Source: Desulfurivibrio sp.
GTDB taxonomy: Bacteria; Desulfobacterota; Desulfobulbia; Desulfobulbales; Desulfurivibrionaceae
DNA length: 64,000 nucleotides
Direction of reading: 5' to 3'
Assembly (NCBI GenBank): GCA_034522365.1
Contig: JAXHLI010000011.1
Coordinates: forward strand, 61,766 to 125,765
Shown here: in pieces, positions 49,087 to 58,682 of the stretch
Layout of the letters: each line of letters starts with the position of its first letter
How positions within the stretch are numbered: the first letter of the stretch is position 1
Program-made: the position numbers and the translations under genes
Notes under the pieces: model-generated
What the model was told of the DNA's origin: nothing
The model's database searches: none
What the model saw: the letters and a program-made list of their open reading frames with translations, nothing else

Positions 49087-50201
49087 ATGAAGAATTCACT
49101 TGTGGTTTGGCCGTTGCCGGCCTGCTCTCACTGGCCCCGTTGGGAGCGGCGGCCGCTTCCCTGGAAGAGGCCTTTGCCGACGGCACCCTCAATGGTCATG
49201 TCGGGGCTTACGGGGTCAGCAGCAAGGCCAAGGGCAGCGACCGGGAGGGGTTTATCAGCGGCAGCGCCTCGTTGGCCTATGAGACCGCCCCTTTTCATCG
49301 TCTGAGCTTCGGCTTTGGGGCCTGGGGCACCACCGAGCTGACCGAAACCAATGACGGCGATTATCGTGCCGCAATCGCCAGCGACGCCATTATCCACCAG
49401 GCCTTTGCCCGCTATACCGGGGATGATTGGGGTCAGCTGCAGGCCGGCCGCTACGAGATCGACCTGGAGTGGCTCAACGACTATATCCTAGGGGCTTCCG
49501 CCCGGCTGACCCAGCTGGGCGGGCTGGATTTAACCCTGGGCTGGGCGGAACGCCAGGCGGTGGTCGATCCCGATGAAGTCAGCGAGCGTTTTGAGAAGAT
49601 GAACGACAGCAAGGGGCTCTACTTTGTCGATCTCCAGTACGCGCCCGTGCAATGGCTGACCATCAACCCGTACTATTACCACGCCGGCGATATGTTCCAG
49701 GCCCCGGGTTTGAAACTGACCGCCGATTATGAACTCTCCGACGCCTTGGCGGCCACCTCCATGGCCCAGTATGTCAGCTCCAACACCGATTCCGCCTTCG
49801 GCCAGGAGGATGGTGACTATCTCTGGCTGGAGCAGGGGCTGGCCTACGGTGATTTCGGTTTTTACGCCGGTTATATGCAGGCCGATAACGACGGCACGGG
49901 CGGGATTGCCAGCTTTGGCGATCAGATGCCCTTTGAAGAGGGCAACAATATCATCTCCGCCGATGCCAAGACCTGGTATCTGGGTCTGGACTACGGTTGG
50001 CACTGACCCCTGAACGTTACCGTCCTGTACGGGGAGACCCGTTATTACAACCCCCGGGTCGATGAGGAGGAGTTCAACCTGATCGCCGGCTACGCCCTGC
50101 GGGACAGTGTCGATCTGGAGTTGATTTACGCCGATGTCGGCAGCGATGTCGCCGCCGACGATTATTACACCATGAGTCTGGCCGCGGTTTTTAGTTTTTA
50201 G
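49087..50201 (+). pseudogene. OprD/Opr-family outer-membrane porin (frameshift at codon 3; in-frame TGA at 50004)
   Basis: Adding one A gives signal peptide MKKFTCGLAVAG..AAA-SLEEAF; beta-strand pattern; terminal VFSF. Confidence 0.75.
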
Positions 50202-50441
50202 GCCCGTTTTACCAAAAAAATCCTCCCCCGGCGGGCGGTGGTGATCGTTGCTGATCATTGCCGCCCGCGCCAAAACTGATGACTATCGGGACAAAAAAGG
50301 ATTGTTTCTAATGATGGTCGTTGATTCGTGCGGCCGGCCGGAATGGTTCACCGAAAAAAAACCCGCCAAAGCGCCGGAGGGAGTGGCGCAGAGACGGGAC
50401 CCGGTTGGACTGAAGTTTCAGTCCGGCCTTTTGGTGTGTTT

Positions 50442-51188
50442 TTAGAAAGCCATGGATACGGAAAGCCCGCCATAGAAGAAGTTGGCGTCACTTTTGCCTA
50501 TGGCGCCGAAGTTAGCCACTTCCAGTGTATCTTCGGCCTCGCTGCTCAGAGCAAAGGAGTAGGCCAGGGTGGGGGTGATGGTGAAGTACTGGCCAACCGG
50601 GTAACTGATGGAAGCGGAGAGCTGGCCATCGTGGAAGGCGTCGTAACCGTCGGTGTCCATGTAGCCGACCTGGGCCCCGAGATCAAGGGCCAGGGTATCA
50701 CTCAGGGCGAAGCTGTGGCCCACTCCCAGGGTGAGGTACCAGCCGGGATAGGCGTCGAAATCCCGATAGATGGTCAGGGTGGGGGTCAACATGGTGTTGT
50801 AGGCGGCGGTGAGGTAGACCTCCTGGCTGTCTTCGGCTCCATCCAGCCCGTAGAAGATGTAACCGGCTCCCAGGTCGAAATCGTCCATGCTCCAGTCGTA
50901 GGCCAGGGTGAGATCGGTCTCGTTCCATTTTTTACTGTCTGTGCCCCAGAGGTCGGTGTCCAGGTTACCCCAGATATTGGCTGAAAAGCCTTTCCAACCT
51001 ACAGTCATCGAAGGCTGAATTACCAGGCTGTCCCGGCTGAAGGCGTAGCCACGCCAGATATACTGGCTGTAGGTGTCCACCGCAAATTCGGCGGTGGGTG
51101 CCTCTTCCCCGGCCACAGCGCTGGACGCCAACAATCCGCAGCCCAATACCCCCAAAGCCACTCCCTGCAAATAACCTTTTACTTTCAT
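50442..51188 (-). CDS. TorF/Gcw_chp-like outer-membrane beta-barrel
   Basis: Signal peptide; SQYIWRG, QPS, ETDLTL.Y; terminal F. Confidence 0.85.
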   Translation of the reverse strand: MKVKGYLQGVALGVLGCGLLASSAVAGEEAPTAEFAVDTYSQYIWRGYAFSRDSLVIQPSMTVGWKGFSANIWGNLDTDLWGTDSKKWNETDLTLAYDWSMDDFDLGAGYIFYGLDGAEDSQEVYLTAAYNTMLTPTLTIYRDFDAYPGWYLTLGVGHSFALSDTLALDLGAQVGYMDTDGYDAFHDGQLSASISYPVGQYFTITPTLAYSFALSSEAEDTLEVANFGAIGKSDANFFYGGLSVSMAF

Positions 51189-51257
51189 CTTCCTGCTCCC
51201 TGTGTTGAAATTTTAATGAAATGGCCCGCGCTGGGCCTGGTCTTGGGGTAGTGTCTA

Positions 51258-51437
51258 AGCACTATCCGTGCCAATGGGAGAGCTGGTTTGTTTTGCCTTG
51301 TAATATCAGGGTGTTGTCTTGGGAAATTGGGGGATGAGCGGCGGTTTTCAGTTGGAGGTATTACATTTATGTTTCGTTATGGTTAAGTTAAGAGGTGCGT
51401 GGATACAAAAATGTAAAAAAATGTACCCACTGTACAT
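51258..51437 (-). promoter_or_regulatory. Sigma54 promoter with IHF site and upstream activator sites
   Basis: TGGCACGGATAGTGCT (51258-51273), IHF-like TATCAG-N4-TTG (51304-51316), TACA/TGTA palindromes at ~51404-51437. Confidence 0.7.
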
Positions 51438-51486
51438 AAGCCTGGCTGATCGTTGCTGATCATTGCCGCCCGTTTTTTGTTTGGGG

Positions 51487-52074
51487 TCAATCAAGGTCGG
51501 CAAAGTCGCGGCGGATTTTTTCAACCAGCCGGCGATAGCTTTCGGCGTCGCCATACTCCATGAATTTATGGTAGCGGTGGTGGACTTCCTTGGTCATGCG
51601 GGCGTGTTTGATGGGGCACCAGTACTGTTCGGTGCGGGCGGCAATCTCGCGGGTGTAGGCGATCAGCCCGTTGACGTAGCCGCAGTAGAGGCAGTTGAGT
51701 TTTTCGACGGGGTTGAGATAGCTCAAAGCGTGTCGGTCGATGACGATATAATCCCCCCGCTTGACTTTGGGAATCCCGTAGACCGGGAAGCAACTGGCCT
51801 GGTAAACGGTGATAAAGAGATCAAGCAGCAGGGCCGGCAGCAGACAGGACCAGACCACCGGGGCGGTAAGAATCACCAGCAGGCGCGATTCGTAGAGAAA
51901 GCGGCGCAGGGACTTGACCATTAACCGGTGCCGGCGCCGCGCTTCCCGGGCGAAGATTACCCGGCGGCCTTTGATGTGGTAAGAAAACTCCTCTTCCTTG
52001 CGCTGAATCTCCGCGGACAGTTCTTGCTCAAGCTCCTTAAGCCGCTTGAGTAACTCTTCGATGCGGTTGGACAT
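51487..52074 (-). CDS. Hypothetical membrane protein with conserved-looking Cys/His motifs
   Basis: GAGG RBS; N-terminal coiled coil, TM, DRH.L.YLN, CLYCGY, YWCPIKH. Confidence 0.8.
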   Translation of the reverse strand: MSNRIEELLKRLKELEQELSAEIQRKEEEFSYHIKGRRVIFAREARRRHRLMVKSLRRFLYESRLLVILTAPVVWSCLLPALLLDLFITVYQASCFPVYGIPKVKRGDYIVIDRHALSYLNPVEKLNCLYCGYVNGLIAYTREIAARTEQYWCPIKHARMTKEVHHRYHKFMEYGDAESYRRLVEKIRRDFADLD

Positions 52075-52230
52075 GTTGGTCCCTCGAAATAATGGTGATG
52101 GCCGGCCGGCGAAAGTTGCCGTAGCTTACGGGAAAGCAATTCTCCCCGCAACCTAATGATGCTCTAATGCTTGCCAACAGTTGCCTTGCCGGGTATTGGT
52201 AACAGTTGCGACAAGCGTTTGCCGCGCCGC

Positions 52231-52275
52231 GTAAGCGTTCACCAAGGCCAACGACCGCTGATTTAACGGGCCGTT
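52231..52275 (+). repeat. GTAAnCGTTCA-family repeat
   Basis: gtaagcgttcaccaaggccaacgaccgctgatttaacgggccg. Confidence 0.75.
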
Positions 52276-52288
52276 AAGCGGAGAGCAA

Positions 52289-52877
52289 ATGAGCAGCGAT
52301 GAGCACCATATGTTGAGGCAAAACAAAGCTGGCGGCGCGGGACCGGCTGAGCCCGGCCTCGCGGCAGTCTAAAAGCCGGGCCATCCAAACCGCCCTGGGC
52401 AACCTGGAGGTGGTGGTCCGGGCGCGCTGGCTGCTGGTGTATCTCCATTTTCGCAGCGAGGTGGAAACCCTGCCGGCCTTGGCCGCCCAACTGCCGCCGC
52501 GCTGCCGGTTCGCCGCCCCCCGCACCCTGACGGCGAGCCGGCAACTGCGGCTCTATGAGCTTGCCGATCCCCGGCAGCCGGCGGTCAAGTCCGGTTACTG
52601 CGGAATTCCCGAACCCGATCCGGCCCATTGCCTGCCGGTTGATCCCCGCGCCTTGGACGTGGTGCTGGTGCCGGGCAGTGTTTTCGACCGGCGGGGCGGC
52701 CGGCTGGGCTATGGCGGCGGCTATTACGACCGTTTCCTGGCCGCCGAGGCCCCCCAGGCACTCCGGATCGGCCTGGCCTTCGCCCTGCAGGTTGAAGAAA
52801 AACCCCTGGCGCTGGCGCCCCATGACCAATTGCTTGATTACCTGGTAACCGAAGAGGAAGTGCTGTCGTTTGTTTAG
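52289..52877 (+). CDS. 5-formyltetrahydrofolate cyclo-ligase (extra A in a homopolymer near 52322)
   Basis: SEVET, GIPEP, VPG..FD..GGRLGYGGGYYDRFL, PHDQ.LD. Confidence 0.88.
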
Positions 52878-52984
52878 AAGTGTTTGACGTGGTGAGGCGG
52901 GGTTGGTAGATTGCCGTCTTGGCAACGGTAAGTTGTTCCATGGGTACTGGATAAGCCAAAAAAAGCAGCATAAGAGGTGTTCTT

Positions 52985-53333
52985 ATGCTCAAGAAATTAT
53001 GGTTGTTGCCGTCCCTGTTGTTGATCTCCGGTTTGTTCGTTGTGGGCACGGTCGGTTGTGATCAGGCCGAGGAGCCGGGCTCGGGGTCCGAGCAGGATTC
53101 CGGGTATGAGGCCCCGGCGGAAGAGCAAATGCCGCCCCAGGAGGAAGCTGCCCCTAGCTCAGGCTATGGTGGTGGAGAGTCTTCCAGCCCGGGTTACGGC
53201 GGTGCAGAGGCCCCTAGCTCGGGCTATGGCGGTGGAGATTCCTCCAGCCCGAGGTTACGGCGGTGCAGAGGCCCCTAGCTCAGGCTATGGCGGTGGAGAT
53301 TCCGGTGGTTCTTCACCGGGCTACGGGCAATAG
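52985..53333 (+). CDS. Small acidic lipoprotein with GYG repeats (one-base insertion near 53252)
   Basis: Lipobox TVGC; corrected frame repeats APSSGYGGG(E/D)SSSPGYGGAE and ends SPGYGQ. Confidence 0.8.
53150..53302 (+). repeat. 60-bp coding tandem repeat (~2.5 units)
   Basis: Units start at 53150, 53210 and 53271 (gcccctagctc..ggtgcagag). Confidence 0.9.
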
Positions 53334-53339
53334 GCGACC

Positions 53340-54824
53340 GTGGCGGAGATGAAGGTGGCGGGCCAGTCCGGCCCCGATCAGGCAAGCCGGTCCCTGCTGC
53401 GGGCCATTCCCAAAGTCGATGAAGTGTTCTCCTGGCTGGCCGCCGAGCGTGGCCAGCCGGGAGACGAGGCCGGAGCGACGGCAGCAGCCGCTCCGGCCTT
53501 GCTGGTTAAGGGGGTGGTGCGGGAAGTGTTGGCCGCTTGCCGACAAGCGATCCTGGCCGGGGAGTTGACCGACGCCAGCGAGCTTGCCCGGCCGACGCTG
53601 CTGCCCCGGCTCCGCGAACGTCTGGAGGAGCGGTTGCGGCCCAATTTCCGGCCGGTGATCAACGCCACCGGGGTGGTGGTGCATACCAACCTGGGCCGTT
53701 CCCTGTTGCCTGATGCCGCCACCGGGCAGTTGCAGGCGGTGGCCGGCCGCTATTCCAACCTGGAATTCGATCTGGCCAGCGGTAAGCGGGGCAGCCGCTA
53801 CAGTCTGGTGGAAGGGTTGCTTTGTGAGTTGACCGGAGCCGAGGCTGCCTTGGTGGTCAACAACAACGCCGCCGCCGTACTGCTGGTCTTGCAGAGCCTG
53901 GCCGCCGGCCGCGAAGTGGTGGTCTCCCGGGGGCAGTTGGTGGAAATCGGCGGTTCTTTTCGGATCCCCGAGGTGATGGCCGCCAGCGGCGCCCGCCTGG
54001 TCGAGGTCGGGGCCACCAACCGCACCCACCTGCGGGATTACCAGCGGGCCATCGCCGAGGATACCGCCCTGCTGCTCAAGGTCCATACCAGCAATTACCG
54101 GATTATGGGGTTCACCTCCGAGGTCGGCGTCGACGAGTTGGCCACCCTGGCCGCCAGCTATGGACTGCCGCTGATGGAGGATCTGGGCAGCGGCTCGCTG
54201 GTCGATCTGTCTCCCTACGGCCTGGGGTATGAGCCCACCGTCGGCGAGGCGCTCAAGGCCGGCGCCGATGTGGTTACTTTCAGCGGTGATAAATTGCTGG
54301 GCGGTCCCCAGGCCGGCCTGATCCTGGGCAAGCGGGAGATCATCGAGCCGATCAAGAAAAATCCCATGAACCGGGCCTTGCGCATCGATAAGTTTACCCT
54401 GGCCGCCCTGGAGTCGGTCTTGCGGCTCTATTACGATACCCCCCGGGCCTTTGCCGAGATTCCCACCCTGCGGTTGCTGACCATGCCCTATGCCGAGATC
54501 CGGCGCCGGGCCCAGCGGCTGCGTCGGCGGCTGCGGCCACTGGTCGGCGAGGATTGCCGGGTGGAGCTGGTGGATACCGCCTCCCGGGTGGGGGGTGGCG
54601 CCCTGCCGGAAACCCCGTTGCCCAGTTGCGCGGTGGCCCTGCGGCCGGCGCAAATCTCCCTTAACCGGCTGGAAAAAGCCTTACGGCAAGCGGCGGTGCC
54701 GGTTATCGGCCGTCTTGAGGAGGATCGTTTGCTGCTCGATATGCGCACCGTGGCCGATCGGGAGGTTCCCCAGCTGGCCGCCACCCTGCTGGCGGTGCTG
54801 GGCCAGCCGGCGGAGAAGCGATGA
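53340..54824 (+). CDS. selA: L-seryl-tRNA(Sec) selenium transferase
   Basis: VINATGVVVHTNLGRS, VNNNAAA, EIGGSFRIP, FSGDKLLGGPQAG. Confidence 0.96.
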   Translation: MAEMKVAGQSGPDQASRSLLRAIPKVDEVFSWLAAERGQPGDEAGATAAAAPALLVKGVVREVLAACRQAILAGELTDASELARPTLLPRLRERLEERLRPNFRPVINATGVVVHTNLGRSLLPDAATGQLQAVAGRYSNLEFDLASGKRGSRYSLVEGLLCELTGAEAALVVNNNAAAVLLVLQSLAAGREVVVSRGQLVEIGGSFRIPEVMAASGARLVEVGATNRTHLRDYQRAIAEDTALLLKVHTSNYRIMGFTSEVGVDELATLAASYGLPLMEDLGSGSLVDLSPYGLGYEPTVGEALKAGADVVTFSGDKLLGGPQAGLILGKREIIEPIKKNPMNRALRIDKFTLAALESVLRLYYDTPRAFAEIPTLRLLTMPYAEIRRRAQRLRRRLRPLVGEDCRVELVDTASRVGGGALPETPLPSCAVALRPAQISLNRLEKALRQAAVPVIGRLEEDRLLLDMRTVADREVPQLAATLLAVLGQPAEKR

Positions 54825-56596
54825 GCTTTCCTTTTTTGCCATCCCAGCTTGAGCCGCACCGGGAGCCGGTTACCGGTTTGCCCGATGCGGTGGCCCTGGC
54901 CCAGTATCTGGAAGATTCCCTGGCCGAAGGTGCCGGGGAGGGCGAAGAGCGCCGGCGGCAGCCGGATTTTCTGGTCCTGCTGGAGATTTATCCCCAGGCC
55001 CGGGACGCCCAGCGGGCCCTGGCCGCCATCCAGCGGGCCGGGACTTATCTGCACACCCTTTTTGGTTCCTCCACCCCCCTCTTTTCCCTGGGGCTGGGGG
55101 TTTTTGCCCTGCTCTGGCCCCAACTGCCCCCCGAGGAAGCACGGCGCTTGGCCGATGTCCTGCTGCGCCGGTTGCAGCGGGAAAAATTCAGCCGGGCCCA
55201 TATCGGCCTGGCGGCCCATGACGGCCGACGGCCAAATGGCCGGCCGGCGGTGGTCCCGGAGACTGCCGCCGCTGTAATGCCGGCGGCCACCGAGCCGCAA
55301 GCGGTGAGCCGGTCGCTGCTCACCGAGGCCTGGCAGGCCCTGGCGGTGGCCCGGCGGCGCGGCCCTTTTTGCCTGTGCCTGGCCGGCTCTCCGCCCCTGT
55401 TCCCGCCCCTGGCCGCCGGCGAGCGGGCTAAACTGGGCCGGCTCTGGCGGGGGAGGGAGCGTTTCGCCCTGCTGCTTATCCGCCAGGACCAGCCGGCCTT
55501 GAGCAACCATTTCAGCAAACGGGTGCGGGGTGCGTTGACGGCCGAGGTTACCGACGCCCTGTTCCTTAATCAGCAGGAGGTGTTAGTCTACCTCGACCAG
55601 GCCGAGCAGCAGCAGGCCCTGGCCTGGCTGGCCGATTTCCGCCGTCGGATGGGGCACAGCGACGGAGCCGGTTTCTCGGCGGGGCTGGCCCTCTATCCCT
55701 GCCTGGAGCTGCCCAAGGCCGGCATCCCGGGTAATTGCCGCAAGGCCCTGCTCCATGCCGAACTGCTGGGGCCGGCCGCCACGGCGGTTTTCAACGCCGT
55801 CACCCTTAATATCAGCGGTGATGCCTATTATAACGAAGGCGATATCCGTAAGGCGGTGGCCGAGTACCGCCGGGGGCTGGAGCTGGACCCGGCCAATGTC
55901 AACCTGCTCAACAGTCTGGGGGTGGCCCTGGCCCAGCTTAAACAGAACCGGCCGGCCATGGCCGCCTTTGAACAGGCCCTGGCGGTGGCGCCGGACAACT
56001 TTATGGCCCTCTATAACCTGGGTTTTGCCTTGCTGGCGGCGGGCCGCGAGGATGAGGCGCTGGATTGTCTGGAAAAGGCCCGGCGGGCCGACGGCCACTC
56101 CTTTGAGTTGGCGTTGCAACTGGGGCGGCTTTATTACCGTCGGGGGCGCTATCAGGAGGTGGTTGAGCTGTTAGGTGGTTGTCTTGACGAGCTCGGCGAG
56201 GAGCGTCGGGATGGTGATCTGGCCGCCGCCCGGCGGCTACTGGCCCGGGGTCTGATCGCCACCGGCGATCACAAGGGAGCCGAGACGGCCATCCAGCAGG
56301 TCCTGGGCGGTAACTCCCAGGACCCGGAAGCCTTGAGTCTGCTGGGGGAGTTGTATCTGCTGAATGGCGAAGGGGTGGCGATCGCCCTCTCGTTGTGTCG
56401 CCAGGCCGTGGCGTTGGATGACGAGAATGGCGGTCATTGGCGGCGTCTGGGCCGGGTCCAGTGGCACCAGGGCGAGTTGGCGGCGGCGGCGGCGTCGTTG
56501 CACAGGGCCACGAAGCTGGACCGGCGCGACCGGCGGGCCGCCGCCTGGCTGACGGAGATTTACCGGCAACAGGGTAAAAACATAAGTGTTCACTAA
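54821..56596 (+). CDS. TPR protein with degenerate nucleotide-cyclase/GGDEF-like N-terminal domains
   Basis: C-terminal TPRs (AVAEYRRGLELDP, ALYNLG); FSAGLALYP..ALLHA cyclase-like strand; ATGA overlap with selA. Confidence 0.75.
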   Translation: MSFPFLPSQLEPHREPVTGLPDAVALAQYLEDSLAEGAGEGEERRRQPDFLVLLEIYPQARDAQRALAAIQRAGTYLHTLFGSSTPLFSLGLGVFALLWPQLPPEEARRLADVLLRRLQREKFSRAHIGLAAHDGRRPNGRPAVVPETAAAVMPAATEPQAVSRSLLTEAWQALAVARRRGPFCLCLAGSPPLFPPLAAGERAKLGRLWRGRERFALLLIRQDQPALSNHFSKRVRGALTAEVTDALFLNQQEVLVYLDQAEQQQALAWLADFRRRMGHSDGAGFSAGLALYPCLELPKAGIPGNCRKALLHAELLGPAATAVFNAVTLNISGDAYYNEGDIRKAVAEYRRGLELDPANVNLLNSLGVALAQLKQNRPAMAAFEQALAVAPDNFMALYNLGFALLAAGREDEALDCLEKARRADGHSFELALQLGRLYYRRGRYQEVVELLGGCLDELGEERRDGDLAAARRLLARGLIATGDHKGAETAIQQVLGGNSQDPEALSLLGELYLLNGEGVAIALSLCRQAVALDDENGGHWRRLGRVQWHQGELAAAAASLHRATKLDRRDRRAAAWLTEIYRQQGKNISVH

Positions 56597-56665
56597 AAGG
56601 CCAGGGCCCGTTAAGTTGACGGGCCGAGCGGCCGCGGGGATAATAAACCGGGGGCAAAGGAGAGT

Positions 56666-57352
56666 GTGATGCGGGTGACCAGGGCCGGAGTGGTGGATGA
56701 GCGGCAGCAGTATAATCTCGATAATTTCAAGGTGGGCGATACCTGGCGGCTGTTCAAGATCCTGGGCGAGTTTGTCGAGGGCTTTGACACCATGTCCAAT
56801 ATCGGCCGGCCGGCGGTGTCGATTTTCGGTTCGGCCCGCACGGCCATGGGCGAGAAGTATTTTGAAATAGCCGACAAGATCGCCTACGATCTGGCCATTG
56901 CCGGCTACGCCGTGGTTACCGGCGGCGGGCCCGGCATCATGGGGGCCGCCAACCGGGGCGCGGCCAAGGCCGAGGGGCTCTCCATCGGCCTCAATATCAA
57001 TTTGCCCTTCGAGCAGGAGCCCAACGGCTTTGCCAACGTGCCGCTCAACTTCAAATATTTTTTCATTCGCAAGGTGATGTTCATCAAGTACTCCATGGCC
57101 TTTATCTGTATGCCCGGCGGTTTCGGCACCCTCGACGAACTCTTCGAGGCCCTGACCCTGATGCAGACCAAGCGGATCAAGGCCTTCCCGGTGATCCTCT
57201 TTGGTTCCGAGTTCTGGGACGGGCTGGTGAGCTGGATCCAGGATAAGATGGTGAGTACCGGCAAAATCGAGGAGGATGACCTGATCTATTTTCAGGTCAT
57301 GGACGATCCCGAGGAGGTGGTGCGCTACATCAAGCGCACCGTGGTCCTGTAG
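56666..57352 (+). CDS. LOG family (TIGR00730-like) nucleotide phosphoribohydrolase
   Basis: FGSAR, TGGGPGIM, RKVMF, PGGFGTLDE. Confidence 0.93.
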   Translation: MMRVTRAGVVDERQQYNLDNFKVGDTWRLFKILGEFVEGFDTMSNIGRPAVSIFGSARTAMGEKYFEIADKIAYDLAIAGYAVVTGGGPGIMGAANRGAAKAEGLSIGLNINLPFEQEPNGFANVPLNFKYFFIRKVMFIKYSMAFICMPGGFGTLDELFEALTLMQTKRIKAFPVILFGSEFWDGLVSWIQDKMVSTGKIEEDDLIYFQVMDDPEEVVRYIKRTVVL

Positions 57353-57356
57353 TGGC

Positions 57357-58589
57357 TCAGCGCAGCAGCGCCAGCAGGGCTTGCAGTGGGGCGGGGCGGT
57401 TGTTGATCGACAGTTCCCCCTGGTGATAACTGATGTCTAATTCCAGCCGCTGCTGGCCATCCTCTTGCTGGTTGGCCTTCTCCAGGTAGCCGCGGCGGCG
57501 CAGGGCGGCCAGGGTACGGGAGTTTTCGCCGCCGGGCAGCAGGGCCACCGGCAGGCTGGCGGTGAGTTGGCAATCCAGGCCGGAGAACAGCATCAGCGGG
57601 TGGAAGGGGCGCTTATCGTCGGGGCGTTGCCGGTAGGCCAGCCGTAATTGTCCTTCGGCCGTCCCGGCGGGGCTGACCAGCCGGGCCTGCTCGATGGTCA
57701 ATTGCGGCGCGTGTTGTAACAGCCGGGGCAGGGCCGTCACCAGGGTTTCGGCCGCCGGGGGCGGCACCTGGCGGGGGTGGCTGGCCAGTGCCGGTCCCAG
57801 CCGAGGGGCCAGGGCGGCAAGCTGCCGCAGGGCCGGCAGATCGAGCCGCTGCCAGTTGGCCGCCAGGAGAAATTCGGGATAGTGGGTTTCCCCCGCCCGC
57901 AGGTTGGCGAGCCGCAGGCGCTGCTCGCCGGAGAGGCCGGCGCCGGTCTGCTCCGGTTGACGACGCCAGGTGAAGGTCGTGCTCAGCCGTTCCAGGGCCA
58001 AGGGCGGCAGCGGCGGCGCCCGCAGGGTGAAGTCGGTCAGGGTCAATTCACCTTGCAGGCTGCGGAAGTCCAGCGGGTAGTGGAAACTTCCCGCCAGTTG
58101 TTGCCAGTGCACCGCCGGGGCGGCCGCTTCGGCGGCGGCGGTGGGCGGCGGCCAGTGCCAGGAAGTGGTGACTTCGCCGTTGAGCGGAACCGTGGTTTCG
58201 GCCCGCGGCCCCTTATCGTCAAGGGGGAGGCCATTGACCTCCTGGAGTTGGCTGGAGATACGGGCCAGCAGCAGCCAGGAGCCGGGGTCTGCGGTCCCGT
58301 TCCGCAGCCCCGGCAGGGGGCCGTGCCGGATATGGTGCACCAGCCGCCAGCCCGCCCGCGGTTCCCCGGCCGGGTGCAGCAGGGTGACCGCCCGGGAGGA
58401 GCGAAAGCCCCGCCGGTACTCCAACAGTTCCATTTCCCAGTCCTGTCCGGTGGTGGCCGCCAGTCGCGCCAGCTGGTGTTCGGTGGCCAGCCCCACCCCG
58501 TAAGTGGCAATCGCCAGCAGCAGCAACAACCCCAGTGCCAGGACTCCCAGCGCCAGGCCGATTTTTCGTGCTTTAGCGGTCACTATCAT
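57357..58589 (-). CDS. YdgA/DUF945-family protein
   Basis: N-terminal TM, YRRGFRSSRA, HIRHGPLP, GELSIN. Confidence 0.8.
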   Translation of the reverse strand: MIVTAKARKIGLALGVLALGLLLLLAIATYGVGLATEHQLARLAATTGQDWEMELLEYRRGFRSSRAVTLLHPAGEPRAGWRLVHHIRHGPLPGLRNGTADPGSWLLLARISSQLQEVNGLPLDDKGPRAETTVPLNGEVTTSWHWPPPTAAAEAAAPAVHWQQLAGSFHYPLDFRSLQGELTLTDFTLRAPPLPPLALERLSTTFTWRRQPEQTGAGLSGEQRLRLANLRAGETHYPEFLLAANWQRLDLPALRQLAALAPRLGPALASHPRQVPPPAAETLVTALPRLLQHAPQLTIEQARLVSPAGTAEGQLRLAYRQRPDDKRPFHPLMLFSGLDCQLTASLPVALLPGGENSRTLAALRRRGYLEKANQQEDGQQRLELDISYHQGELSINNRPAPLQALLALLR

Positions 58590-58594
58590 TGATC

Positions 58595-58641
58595 TTCACC
58601 AGGGCCAATATGTGGACTTAACGGGCCGTACCGTTCGCAGT
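58595..58641 (+). repeat. GTAAnCGTTCA-family repeat
   Basis: ttcaccagggccaat...gacttaacgggccgtaccgttc. Confidence 0.65.
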
Positions 58642-58682
58642 CGATCGTGGCAAGCAGTCAAGCGCCTGGTCCCCTGTGTACT

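Noticed and set aside
50004-50006. In-frame TGA in the porin read as selenocysteine (selA is nearby)
   Set aside because: Only a weak 4-bp downstream hairpin, no redox motif, implausible in a porin, and the region is indel-rich; a nonsense change or consensus error is more likely.
53150-53302. CRISPR-like tandem repeat
   Set aside because: No unique spacers; the 60-bp units keep frame within a lipoprotein and differ mostly at synonymous positions.
9603-54653. Other long antisense ORFs (e.g. 9603-10877, 24146-25426, 40235-41533, 53313-54653)
   Set aside because: All lie opposite well-supported genes and lack motifs; typical high-GC shadow ORFs.
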